This document shows positions 56,072 through 64,000 of a stretch of DNA of 64,000 bases, one piece after another (positions within the stretch are counted from its first letter, which is position 1; the number at the start of each line of letters is the position of its first letter). Source of the stretch: an uncultured Spirochaetales bacterium (GTDB taxonomy: Bacteria; Spirochaetota; Spirochaetia; CAYLLE01). The position numbers were made by a program, and so were the translations under genes. The DNA is taken from positions 4,258 through 68,257 of the forward strand of contig CAYLLE010000005.1 of assembly GCA_964384485.1 (NCBI GenBank). Reading direction: 5' to 3'. The notes below the pieces were generated by a model. That model did not search any database. It was not told where the DNA came from and saw only the letters and a list, made by a program, of their open reading frames with translations.

Positions 56072-56817
56072 TTCAACTGCTCCTCTCCGTCTTTCTCAAT
56101 CGCTTTCAGTTCACGTATGATGCTTTCCGGATCAAGCCGTTTCTCGATAGGACCGTCGGATAAAACCATGCCGTCTCTGAGCCGGACCATCCGTTTACCG
56201 GTGCTTCCCAGCCGTTCGTCATGGGTTACCATCACCACAGTAAGACCTTCTTTATTCAGCTGCCTGAGTGTATTCAGAATATCCATACCCATTTCGGTAG
56301 GAAGATTTCCCGTAGGCTCATCGGCAAGAAGCAGACTGGGATCGTTTGCTAGAGCTCTGGCAATGGCAACCCGCTGCTGTTCTCCGCCGGAAAGCATATT
56401 GGGATAGTGGTACATCCGTTCCGCGAGACCGAAACGTTCGAGAAGTTCCTTTGCCCGCTTTTTCCGTTCTCCCGAAGGTTTTCCGGCGTACATCAGAGGC
56501 ATTATTACGTTATCCAGAGCGCTGAATTCCGGGAAAAGGTTGAAACTCTGGAAAACAAAACCGAAATGTTCGTTCCGTATCCGGGAACGTTCCCGGTCGG
56601 AAAGGTCGGTTACTTCATTTTCTTCTATAGAATAGGTTCCCCGGGTCGGAGAATCCAGAATTCCGAGGATGGCCAGCAGGGTTGATTTCCCCGAACCGGA
56701 CGGTCCCATCACGGTCACAAATTCTCCCCGGTCTATCCGGAGATCAATTTCTTTTATCGCATCGAGTTTCCTCGAGCCTAAATCGTATGTTTTAGTTACT
56801 CCCGTGAGCTGTATCAT
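56068..56817 (-). CDS. ABC exporter ATP-binding protein (LolD/MacB type)
   Basis: [37 protein letters not shown]. Confidence 0.96.
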   Translation of the reverse strand: MIQLTGVTKTYDLGSRKLDAIKEIDLRIDRGEFVTVMGPSGSGKSTLLAILGILDSPTRGTYSIEENEVTDLSDRERSRIRNEHFGFVFQSFNLFPEFSALDNVIMPLMYAGKPSGERKKRAKELLERFGLAERMYHYPNMLSGGEQQRVAIARALANDPSLLLADEPTGNLPTEMGMDILNTLRQLNKEGLTVVMVTHDERLGSTGKRMVRLRDGMVLSDGPIEKRLDPESIIRELKAIEKDGEEQLK

Positions 56818-58133
56818 TATTCCTGCTCCTTTACTTCTATTCTGTTTCCGCCGGATGTATTGAGATTGATTTGCTGATAGGTGATAAAGTCCTGATAACC
56901 TGAAACAATAATTTTGTCGTCTTTTTCTACCCCGGTCAGGATCTCCGCCCGGTCAGCGGTGACCGAACCGAAATCAACTTCAATCCTGTATGCCTTGTTG
57001 TCCTGGATACGGTAGAGGTAAAGCTGATTGCCGGTTGTGAGATACGCGCCCCGGGGCAGGTAAAGCGCCTGTTCTGCCCCGCCTACAACGATTTCGGCTG
57101 ATGCCGAACTTCCCGGTACAATATTCTCCGGAACGGAATCAAAAGCAGCGGTGACCGCAACTGTTGATTCATAGTCACCTGTGGCCTCTGCTTCCATTGC
57201 CACCGCGCTTATATGTCCGGAGTACTCGGTGCTTCCAAGGGCAAGATTTACTTCCTGTCCCAGATAGATCATGTCGATCTTGTTTTCAGGGACATTGACT
57301 TTCACGACCGGACGGGAAAGATCCGCTACCCGGAGCAATTTCCCGAACTGGGTGACGGTATCACCTCCAGAGACAAAAACGTTCATCACTTTTCCGTCCA
57401 GGGGAGCCCGGACCGTGCATTCTTCAATTTCATTCCGAAGCTCTTTGATGTCTTCCCGAAGGGAATTGATATCCATGTTGAGGATTTCCATGGCATATTC
57501 GTAGTTTAGTGCCGCCGTTTCTTCCTGCCGGTCAAAATCTGATATAGAACGTTTGGCCTGGGTCACCTTGTTCTCCGCGTTATCCAGATCGTTCCTGGAG
57601 AGAGACCCGGCTTCGAAGAGCTTTTGAGCCTTTTCCAGGCTTGCCTCCGCCGACTCCAGGTCGTCCTGGAGATTCTGCCTGTTGTCTTCCTGCTTTTCCA
57701 TCTCCAGCGCCCGTTCCCGTTCCTTTTTCTGTTTATCCAGCAGTTTCTTGCTTAACGCCAATTCTTTTTCTCCTAGAGATGCTTCCAGATTTTCCGGGTT
57801 TATCTCGGCGATCACGTCACCGGTTTTAATCTGATCTCCCTGGGCAAAATAAATTGCGGTAACAATGCCGGGCTGCGGTGAAAGGATGTTTTCGACGTAC
57901 TCCACGCTCAAAGTTCCCGAAAGCTGGAGCGTTTCGGTAACCATCCCTTCCTGCACAAATGCGTACGAGTAGGTTTTCAGCGTGTAGCTGTCCTCTGCGG
58001 GACGAAAAATAAGATAGGCTGTCCCCAGCAGTACTGCCATGACCACGATAATTACGGCTATCATGATCCACTGTCGTTTACTTCCGGGTCTTTTTACCTG
58101 TTTTTCCCTTACAATCGGTCCTTCTTTCGGCAT
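56817..58133 (-). CDS. MacA-like membrane fusion (periplasmic adaptor) protein
   Basis: N-terminal TM helix, lipoyl halves around a long alpha-hairpin (VRAPLDGKV), beta-barrel, YLPRG. Confidence 0.9.
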   Translation of the reverse strand: MPKEGPIVREKQVKRPGSKRQWIMIAVIIVVMAVLLGTAYLIFRPAEDSYTLKTYSYAFVQEGMVTETLQLSGTLSVEYVENILSPQPGIVTAIYFAQGDQIKTGDVIAEINPENLEASLGEKELALSKKLLDKQKKERERALEMEKQEDNRQNLQDDLESAEASLEKAQKLFEAGSLSRNDLDNAENKVTQAKRSISDFDRQEETAALNYEYAMEILNMDINSLREDIKELRNEIEECTVRAPLDGKVMNVFVSGGDTVTQFGKLLRVADLSRPVVKVNVPENKIDMIYLGQEVNLALGSTEYSGHISAVAMEAEATGDYESTVAVTAAFDSVPENIVPGSSASAEIVVGGAEQALYLPRGAYLTTGNQLYLYRIQDNKAYRIEVDFGSVTADRAEILTGVEKDDKIIVSGYQDFITYQQINLNTSGGNRIEVKEQE

Positions 58134-58139
58134 GATGTT

Positions 58140-58168
58140 ATTATGCTGGTTCAGTGTAAATTTGACAA
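58140..58168 (-). promoter_or_regulatory. Sigma70 promoter of the exporter operon, probably leaderless
   Basis: Minus strand TTGTCA-N17-CATAAT-N6-ATG; no SD. Confidence 0.65.
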
Positions 58169-58232
58169 TCCTTACTTTCGCGGATTTAACAATTTTAATA
58201 AATCTCTCCCCGTTTCTAAGCTAATACCCGCC

Positions 58233-58262
58233 TTGACACCGGTTTGTTCTATCCATCATAAT
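58233..58262 (+). promoter_or_regulatory. Sigma70 promoter of the fucosidase gene
   Basis: TTGACA-N18-CATAAT, followed by a GGAGG RBS. Confidence 0.6.
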
Positions 58263-58279
58263 CTGATCCGGAGGCGAAG

Positions 58280-59563
58280 ATGAGTAATATAATGAGTTTA
58301 CCGGAATATGAGGCGGAAATTGCCCGGACCAGGGACAAGCGGATGAAATGGTGGAGAGAAGCGCGGTACGGTATGTTTGTCCATTACGGACTCTACTCCC
58401 AACTGGCGCGTCATGAATGGACGATGGCTTTGGAGAGCATACCAGTGGAAGAGTACGAAAAGCTGGCTGACACTTTTTCTCCCGAGCCGGGATCACCCGC
58501 GAAGTGGGCCGCTCTCGCGAAAAGAGCGGGAATGAAATACATGGTTATGACTACAAAGCACCATGAAGGTTTCTGCCTGTGGGATTCCAAACTCACCGAT
58601 TATAATGCCGCTTTCAAGGGACCAAAACGGGATATTGTCGCGGAATATGTTGATGCCTGCAGAAAAGAAGGATTAAAAATCGGCTTTTACTACTCCCTGA
58701 TGGACTGGCACCATCCAGATTCCTGGAGATGCGCGTTTGATCCGGAAGCGCGTAAACGATTTCTCGATTACACTCAGGGGCTTGTGCGTGAATTAATGTC
58801 CAACTACGGGAAAATCGACATACTTTGGTATGATGTCTCGCGGCCGATGCAGCATCATGAAGGCTGGAACTCTTTATCGATAAATCAGATGGTCAGGGAG
58901 CTGCAGCCCGATATCATCATTAACAACCGTTCAAAACTCCCCGAAGATTTCGGAACACCCGAGGAGCATATCACTGCCATGGACCGGGATTGGGAAGCAT
59001 GTATGACATTTAACGGTTTGAGCTGGGGCTACGTGGATTCCGAACAGGCTGCTCCCTACAGTTATAACGCCCAGGGGATACTCAGGATGCTTCAGCGGGT
59101 AACCTCGGGAGGAGGAAACCTGCTTTTGAACATCGGCCCTGCGCCGGGTGGGGATGTTCCGCGGGAAGCGGTTCAGCCTCTGGAGACAGTGGGACGCTGG
59201 CTTGAGGTTCATGGTGATGTTATTTACGGGGAGGTATCTCCCATAGCAGGCAAACCGACAGGAGTAGGGATGCTGACCGCCAAAGGAAACACGGCGTATT
59301 TATGGGCCTGGATATGGCCGGAAGGGGACTTCTCTTTGGGCGGTTTCCAAACAAAACTCAGGAAGGTCACCCATAAGGCGACCGGAAAAGAGATCGGGTT
59401 CAGCCAGGAACCTCACCGGATCAAGCTGCAGGGACTCGGCCCGCAGATGCGGGATAAAATTGCCGGTGTTACCGTCCTGGAACTTGAATTTGAAACATCC
59501 CCCGAAGCGGTGCGGTGTAGCGCCTATCCCCAGCTTCATGAAGGAAAGGAAATCAACCCGTAA
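58280..59563 (+). CDS. Alpha-L-fucosidase, GH29
   Basis: WWREARYGMFVHYG, TTKHHEGFCLWDS, nucleophile motif LWYD, WEACMT, GNLLLNIGP; no signal peptide. Confidence 0.93.
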   Translation: MSNIMSLPEYEAEIARTRDKRMKWWREARYGMFVHYGLYSQLARHEWTMALESIPVEEYEKLADTFSPEPGSPAKWAALAKRAGMKYMVMTTKHHEGFCLWDSKLTDYNAAFKGPKRDIVAEYVDACRKEGLKIGFYYSLMDWHHPDSWRCAFDPEARKRFLDYTQGLVRELMSNYGKIDILWYDVSRPMQHHEGWNSLSINQMVRELQPDIIINNRSKLPEDFGTPEEHITAMDRDWEACMTFNGLSWGYVDSEQAAPYSYNAQGILRMLQRVTSGGGNLLLNIGPAPGGDVPREAVQPLETVGRWLEVHGDVIYGEVSPIAGKPTGVGMLTAKGNTAYLWAWIWPEGDFSLGGFQTKLRKVTHKATGKEIGFSQEPHRIKLQGLGPQMRDKIAGVTVLELEFETSPEAVRCSAYPQLHEGKEINP

Positions 59564-59596
59564 CTGTGAGGAGTCGGGCGTTTTCTTAGGCACAAA

Positions 59597-60334
59597 ATGG
59601 TCGGACGGCGGGATTCATCCTTGTAACTGTTCTTTTTCTATTTATTTCCGTCTGCCTGAATGCCCAGGAAAATCAGAAAATACTAGTCCTGAATTCATAC
59701 CATCAAGGACTTCCCTTGGCTGACGGCATGACCGAAGGGGTTATGTCCCTAATCTCCCGGGAGGAGGAACTGTATGTTGAGTACATGGACACGAAGCGGT
59801 TTCCCTTCGAGACGGTAATCGGCCCGTTTGAAAAACTCCTGTCGCAGAAATACCGCGGGGCCGAATTTGATGCGATCATATCCTGCGACGATAACGCCTT
59901 CCGGTTTCTGCAGCTCCGTCACAAATCGATTTTCTCGGGTGTTCCCGTAGTTTTAACGACTACCTTCCCGGATTGACGGAACAGTACCATGTCCCGTTTT
60001 TTGCTCATGCCGATTTTTATCTCGGACTCGGACCGGTCGGGGGCAAGCTGAATTCGAGCTATTATCAAGGCAGAAAGGCCGCGGAAATCACCTTATCCAT
60101 ACCAGCAATTTCCGGTGATCACATTCGCATTAAAATTTATAAAACCAAAACGATTTTATCCTCCGGGTTTCCGATAACGGAAGCGGATTTCCCGATCACT
60201 TCGATCCCGAAGATTCCGGATTACTGGGATACCAGATCATTAATGGTTTGGTTCAGCAGCTTAAAGGGAGATTGACAATAGAAACAACCTCCGCGTCCGT
60301 GACCGTAGCTTTTCCTGAGAAAAATATTGAATAA
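59597..60334 (+). pseudogene. Internally deleted remnant of a periplasmic-binding-domain sensor HisKA_2 kinase
   Basis: Pieces in different frames: signal peptide plus KILVLNSYHQG...YVEYMDTKR...VPVV; DFYLGLGPVGGKL..YYQGRKAAE; HATPase end LRVSDNGSGFP...LG..II..LVQQLKG ending TAA 60332-60334. Confidence 0.8.
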
Positions 60335-60402
60335 AACCTGTTTCTTTCGGGTATTAATAGAGTATGCTGAGAGCTGAACAATACAGCGGAAAGGCGGTGA
60401 AA

Positions 60403-61107
60403 ATGACATTACTTTCTATTTATATAGCGTCAGCTGTGCTTGGTTTGGGTATCACTGTTATTGATATGCTTGGTCTCTTCGGCAGCGAATCAGAAACAGA
60501 TTTTGATTCCGGTGAGGCAGCAGGTGATGATTCAGCCGGTGAGTTGGAATTTGCCGGCGAAGAGGGCGATGTTTCGATCCCGGAAGATTCCAGCGGCGAT
60601 GATTCAGTCCAGCCTTCCGCATTGGGACATGATTCCGATGAGGCTGCGGCGGTAAAAAGAAAAAAACGGAAGCGGGATGCGGTCCTGACAATCCTTTCGG
60701 GAGCCAGAAGTGTCGTCTATTTCGCTCTCGGTTTCGGGCCGGCCGGGCTGTTTGCCCTGACCCAGGTTTCAGCTCCCCGTTCACTCATTTGGAGTGTTCC
60801 CGCGGGTGCCGCGGTCCTTGTAGGCGGGAGGATTCTCCGGAGAGTCCTCCGGAGAGAACTTGATTCACAGATCAGTACGGAAGAACTGCTTTTGGAGGCG
60901 GGGGAAGTTACTGTCAGTATTGCTCCCGGCTCTATGGGAAAAGTGAGAATAAAGTACGGCGGCAGCTATATTGACCGGTATGCCCGGGCGGCAGATCCTA
61001 ACGCGCGAATAGCGCTGGGTACGCTTGTTCGGGTAGCAGATATAAGTGATGAATGTGTGTATGTGGAACCGGATGATTCTATCTCCCGTTTTACAGAGGA
61101 ACAGTGA
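60403..61107 (+). CDS. NfeD-like C-terminal OB-fold membrane protein (YqiJ-like)
   Basis: TM helix, acidic loop, two more TM helices, then GEVTVSIAPGSMGKVRI...GTLVRVADI. ATG 60403 preferred over 60364. Confidence 0.82.
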   Translation: MTLLSIYIASAVLGLGITVIDMLGLFGSESETDFDSGEAAGDDSAGELEFAGEEGDVSIPEDSSGDDSVQPSALGHDSDEAAAVKRKKRKRDAVLTILSGARSVVYFALGFGPAGLFALTQVSAPRSLIWSVPAGAAVLVGGRILRRVLRRELDSQISTEELLLEAGEVTVSIAPGSMGKVRIKYGGSYIDRYARAADPNARIALGTLVRVADISDECVYVEPDDSISRFTEEQ

Positions 61108-61135
61108 GGAACGGGTATATTACAGGGAGGAACGA

Positions 61136-62476
61136 ATGGAAGGATTACAGAATTTTTTTACGGGGGGAGGCGCGGGTATTATAGGCGGGGTCGCGGGTAT
61201 TGCCGTGTTTTTCCTCTTGGTGGGTACCGTAAAGTCTCTGCTTCAGGTCACGCTGCCGGATAACATTCTCGTCATAACCGGCCGGAAAAAGGTCCGGGAA
61301 GGAAAAACTTTCGGGTTTAGTGTGGAGCGGGGAAGAGCCGTTAAGATACCCTATTTCCAGTCGGCTCAGAAACTCAATATCGGTGTGTATCCGATAAACG
61401 TCAGGGTCGAAGGGGTGAACTCGGCCAACGGTATTACCGTGGGAGCCGATGCCACCGCCTGCGTGTGTATTGATGATGACGATGAAGGAATGCTTTACTC
61501 CGCCGTGGAACGGCTGATGGGGAAGGACCGGGAGCAGATTCATGCCCAGGTTCAGCAGACTCTAGTCGGTAATTTCCGCGGCGCTTTGAACAAAGCTACA
61601 CCGCTTCAGGCGATAGGAATGACGGAAAGTTTCGATGATGATGAGGAGATCGAAGACGCCCGGGAGGCGCTGGACCATGGAGAACGGGCCCAATTCAGGC
61701 AGGAACTGGTGAGGGATATAAATTCCGATCTCTCAAGTTTCGGAATGAAAGTGGTTTCCGTAAGCCTTCAGAAAATTTGGGACACGTCGAATTACATCGC
61801 CAATTTAGCGCAGAAAACTCTGGCTGAAAAAAGACAGAAGGTAGAGATTGAAGAGGCCCGGCTCCGGGCCCTGGCGGAGAAGGCGGAGTCCGACGCCAAT
61901 AGACGGATCAGTGTAGGAAAGAGCCAGGCTGACGAGAAAATCATAGCGGTCAGGGAAAAACTTGAGGTATACCGGCGGGAGAGCACGGCGCAGATAGAGC
62001 AGAGCCGGCTCGAAGCCGATAACAGTATCCAGGAAGCAGAAAACCGGGGAGAACGTCTTGTACAGGAGCAGCTTGTGGAACTGCAGAAGCTGCAGAACCG
62101 AACCCAGGTTACCCTTAAGGCGGAAGCGGAGGAAAGATCAGCTAAAATAATTGCCAAAGGTGAGGAGGAGGCGGTCACCATTGTGGAACGTACCAGGAAC
62201 GATCTTCTCAGGCAAAAAGTGGAAATGCTCGACCGGATGAAAGACGCCGGAAAAGCGGTTCTGTTCATTCAGCAGCAGCTTCCCGGCCTTTTTAAATCTT
62301 TTAAGCAATATGCTGAGAAAATTGGCGTGGATTCACTGGTGGTTATGGATGAAGAGGACGGACTTAACAGCATTATCAACCGCGGTCCCGAGGCGTTTGT
62401 TTATTTTCTAAATCAGTTCAGCGAGGCTTTGGGGGTAGATATCCGGGATTTTCTCGGAAAAGGAGAAAAGGCATGA
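61136..62476 (+). CDS. SPFH/flotillin family protein 1
   Basis: N-terminal TM helix, SPFH domain (LVITG, GNFRGAL, FGMKVVSVSLQKIWD), Ala/Glu coiled coil. ATG 61136 follows GGAGG. Confidence 0.9.
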   Translation: MEGLQNFFTGGGAGIIGGVAGIAVFFLLVGTVKSLLQVTLPDNILVITGRKKVREGKTFGFSVERGRAVKIPYFQSAQKLNIGVYPINVRVEGVNSANGITVGADATACVCIDDDDEGMLYSAVERLMGKDREQIHAQVQQTLVGNFRGALNKATPLQAIGMTESFDDDEEIEDAREALDHGERAQFRQELVRDINSDLSSFGMKVVSVSLQKIWDTSNYIANLAQKTLAEKRQKVEIEEARLRALAEKAESDANRRISVGKSQADEKIIAVREKLEVYRRESTAQIEQSRLEADNSIQEAENRGERLVQEQLVELQKLQNRTQVTLKAEAEERSAKIIAKGEEEAVTIVERTRNDLLRQKVEMLDRMKDAGKAVLFIQQQLPGLFKSFKQYAEKIGVDSLVVMDEEDGLNSIINRGPEAFVYFLNQFSEALGVDIRDFLGKGEKA

Positions 62477-63717
62477 TACTGTTTCTTATAACATTATTCG
62501 GATTGATTGGAATCACTGTTATAATCCAGCTCATAACAAAAATGCGGATTGTCGGCGGAAATGAACTGGGAATAGTTTCGGGAAAAGGATCCCGGAAAGG
62601 ATTCCGTTCCTTAAGCGGGGGACGCGCCTTTATCATACCGTTCCTAAACCGTTTCTCCAAACTTAACCTGACCCCTCATACGATTGAGGTTACCGTGGAT
62701 TCCGCAATTGCATCCGGGGTGGTTCCGCTGAATGTTAAGGCAACCGTAAGTTTCGCCATTGCTTCGAATGAGGCAGGCCGGATCAGAGCTGTCACCCGTA
62801 TTCTTAGTCTGGCGAAAAACTGGGACGAATTACGGAAAGTCGCAAGCGACATAATCGAAGGACATTTGCGGGATTCCATCGCTTCAATAACCCCCGAACA
62901 GGTAATGAAGGATAAAGACACCTTGGTGGCAAAGATGATCAATGTGTGTAAATCTGATTTGGAAAATATCGGTCTCGAAATTACCACCATGAATATTGCC
63001 GATGTTGATGATCACCGTCTCGACGGTGTAACCGAACCGGATCTCTATATCGCTCTCCTAAAGCGGGTACAGACGGCAAATGCCGAAACCAAGGCCCGGC
63101 AGGCCCGCGCAGAAGCACAGGCCTCAGCCGTGGAACAGCAGGAGGAACGCAGGGCTGAAATCCAGGTACGGGCGCTGGAGAATGAACTTCAGAACCTGCA
63201 GGCGGAAACCCGGGTGAAGGTGCAGGAAGAGAATCAGCGGAGGGTTGTCGGAGTGGAGCAGGCAACCCGGGACGCGGACGCGAAGGTCCATGGAATAAAG
63301 AGGCAGATCGAAGCGGAACGGCAGGGAATTGAAATGCTCGAGAAGAAATATGAAGCTTCTATAGTAACTCCGGCAAACGCCGAAAAAGAACGGATGATAC
63401 TCGAAGCCAGTATCAAAGCGGAACGGATGCGGGCTAAAGCACAGGCTGAGATTGAGCAGCTGAATGAAACACTCAAAATCATCGAAGATTCCGGAAACGG
63501 AAGAGATACATATATCATTGAAAATTTCGAACGGCTGATAGCGCCGTTCGCGGAGACCCTGCAGCTGTTCCCCGCCAGGAAGGTATCCGTAATTACCGGC
63601 GCCGGCGGAAACAGACAGCCTATTTCGGCTATTCATCCCGATGCTGCCGCTTTAAAGCGGAATGAGCTGATCGGCGGAATTATGGGTGAAGCACTCGGTG
63701 AAGATGACGGGAAGTAG
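62473..63717 (+). CDS. SPFH/flotillin family protein 2
   Basis: N-terminal TM helix, GGRAFIIP, EGHLRDSIASITPEQV, IGLEITTMNIADV, flotillin coiled coil; ATGA overlap with the previous gene. Confidence 0.92.
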   Translation: MILFLITLFGLIGITVIIQLITKMRIVGGNELGIVSGKGSRKGFRSLSGGRAFIIPFLNRFSKLNLTPHTIEVTVDSAIASGVVPLNVKATVSFAIASNEAGRIRAVTRILSLAKNWDELRKVASDIIEGHLRDSIASITPEQVMKDKDTLVAKMINVCKSDLENIGLEITTMNIADVDDHRLDGVTEPDLYIALLKRVQTANAETKARQARAEAQASAVEQQEERRAEIQVRALENELQNLQAETRVKVQEENQRRVVGVEQATRDADAKVHGIKRQIEAERQGIEMLEKKYEASIVTPANAEKERMILEASIKAERMRAKAQAEIEQLNETLKIIEDSGNGRDTYIIENFERLIAPFAETLQLFPARKVSVITGAGGNRQPISAIHPDAAALKRNELIGGIMGEALGEDDGK

Positions 63718-63728
63718 CGGTCACCATG

Positions 63729-63755
63729 TCAGCCGGCGGTATCTCCGCCGGCTGA
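63729..63755. terminator. GC-rich hairpin between convergent genes
   Basis: Perfect 11-bp stem TCAGCCGGCGG/CCGCCGGCTGA with a 5-nt loop; no clear U-tract. Confidence 0.55.
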
Positions 63756-64000
63756 TGTCTCCATGCTTATACCGTATGGATTGTCCCTTTTAAGGACCGC
63801 TTTTAAGTGAGTAATGTCCCGGATAACCTCTACTGAGTAGATGTCATCTCCCTCAAGGGTCTTTGTTTTTAGGACAGATTCGAGAAGCAGATATCTGCCG
63901 TCTCTATGTCTCTGACGGTAGATCAGTCTCGATTTGCCCGCATGACCGGTATCCGCGTATCTTACCATTTTTTTTCTGAGAGCCGCGGCATCATCAGGAT
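63729..64000 (-). CDS. 3' end of a PAS-domain protein (partial, runs off the window)
   Basis: Open from the window edge: PDD...YRQRHRDGRYLLLES...RDIT (PAS_3/PAC-like), stop TGA at 63729-63731. Confidence 0.7.
   Translation of the reverse strand, partial: PDDAAALRKKMVRYADTGHAGKSRLIYRQRHRDGRYLLLESVLKTKTLEGDDIYSVEVIRDITHLKAVLKRDNPYGISMETSAGGDTAG

Noticed and set aside
59973-60275. 100-aa ORF as an independent gene
   Set aside because: It is a chimeric reading of pseudogene fragments that leaves the kinase frame at the A run.
1-64000. CRISPR arrays, tRNA/rRNA genes, IS elements
   Set aside because: No repeat-spacer periodicity, cloverleaf or rRNA motifs, transposase motifs or terminal inverted repeats were seen, and there is little unexplained intergenic space.

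Overview
This is a 64 kb window from a spirochaete chromosome (Spirochaetia, about 50% GC). The assignment rests on the FlbB-like collar gene, the FlgE Lys165/Cys178 pair and Treponema/Borrelia-like gene order. From 1 to 44.3 kb, one co-oriented supercluster holds the end of the division cluster (ftsW-ftsQ-ftsA-ftsZ), then xerD, deoC, a TPR lipoprotein, dprA, topA, xerC and hslVU. A complete flagellar basal-body, hook, motor and export operon follows (flgB to flhG, fliA, a FapA-family gene, a SwrB-like gene). That operon runs directly into an unexplained three-gene tail: an atypical Hsp70, a J-domain/HEAT protein and a partly degenerate CheA-like kinase. The accessory region (44.3-64 kb) holds a glycine betaine ABC importer, an orphan HisKA_2 kinase, a CNNM/CorC protein, a Cys-type sulfatase, a membrane GAF protein with no output domain, a MacAB-like exporter, a GH29 fucosidase, a sensor-kinase pseudogene collapsed by internal deletions, and an NfeD plus two-flotillin operon. 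I saw no rRNA, tRNA, CRISPR array or mobile element. The best leads are the flagellum-linked Hsp70/J/CheA-like module, a membrane protein ending in a FliF-C-like peptide, a Na+-type stator signature, leaderless promoters and strong CCGG enrichment. All calls come from reading motifs by eye; no database searches were run.
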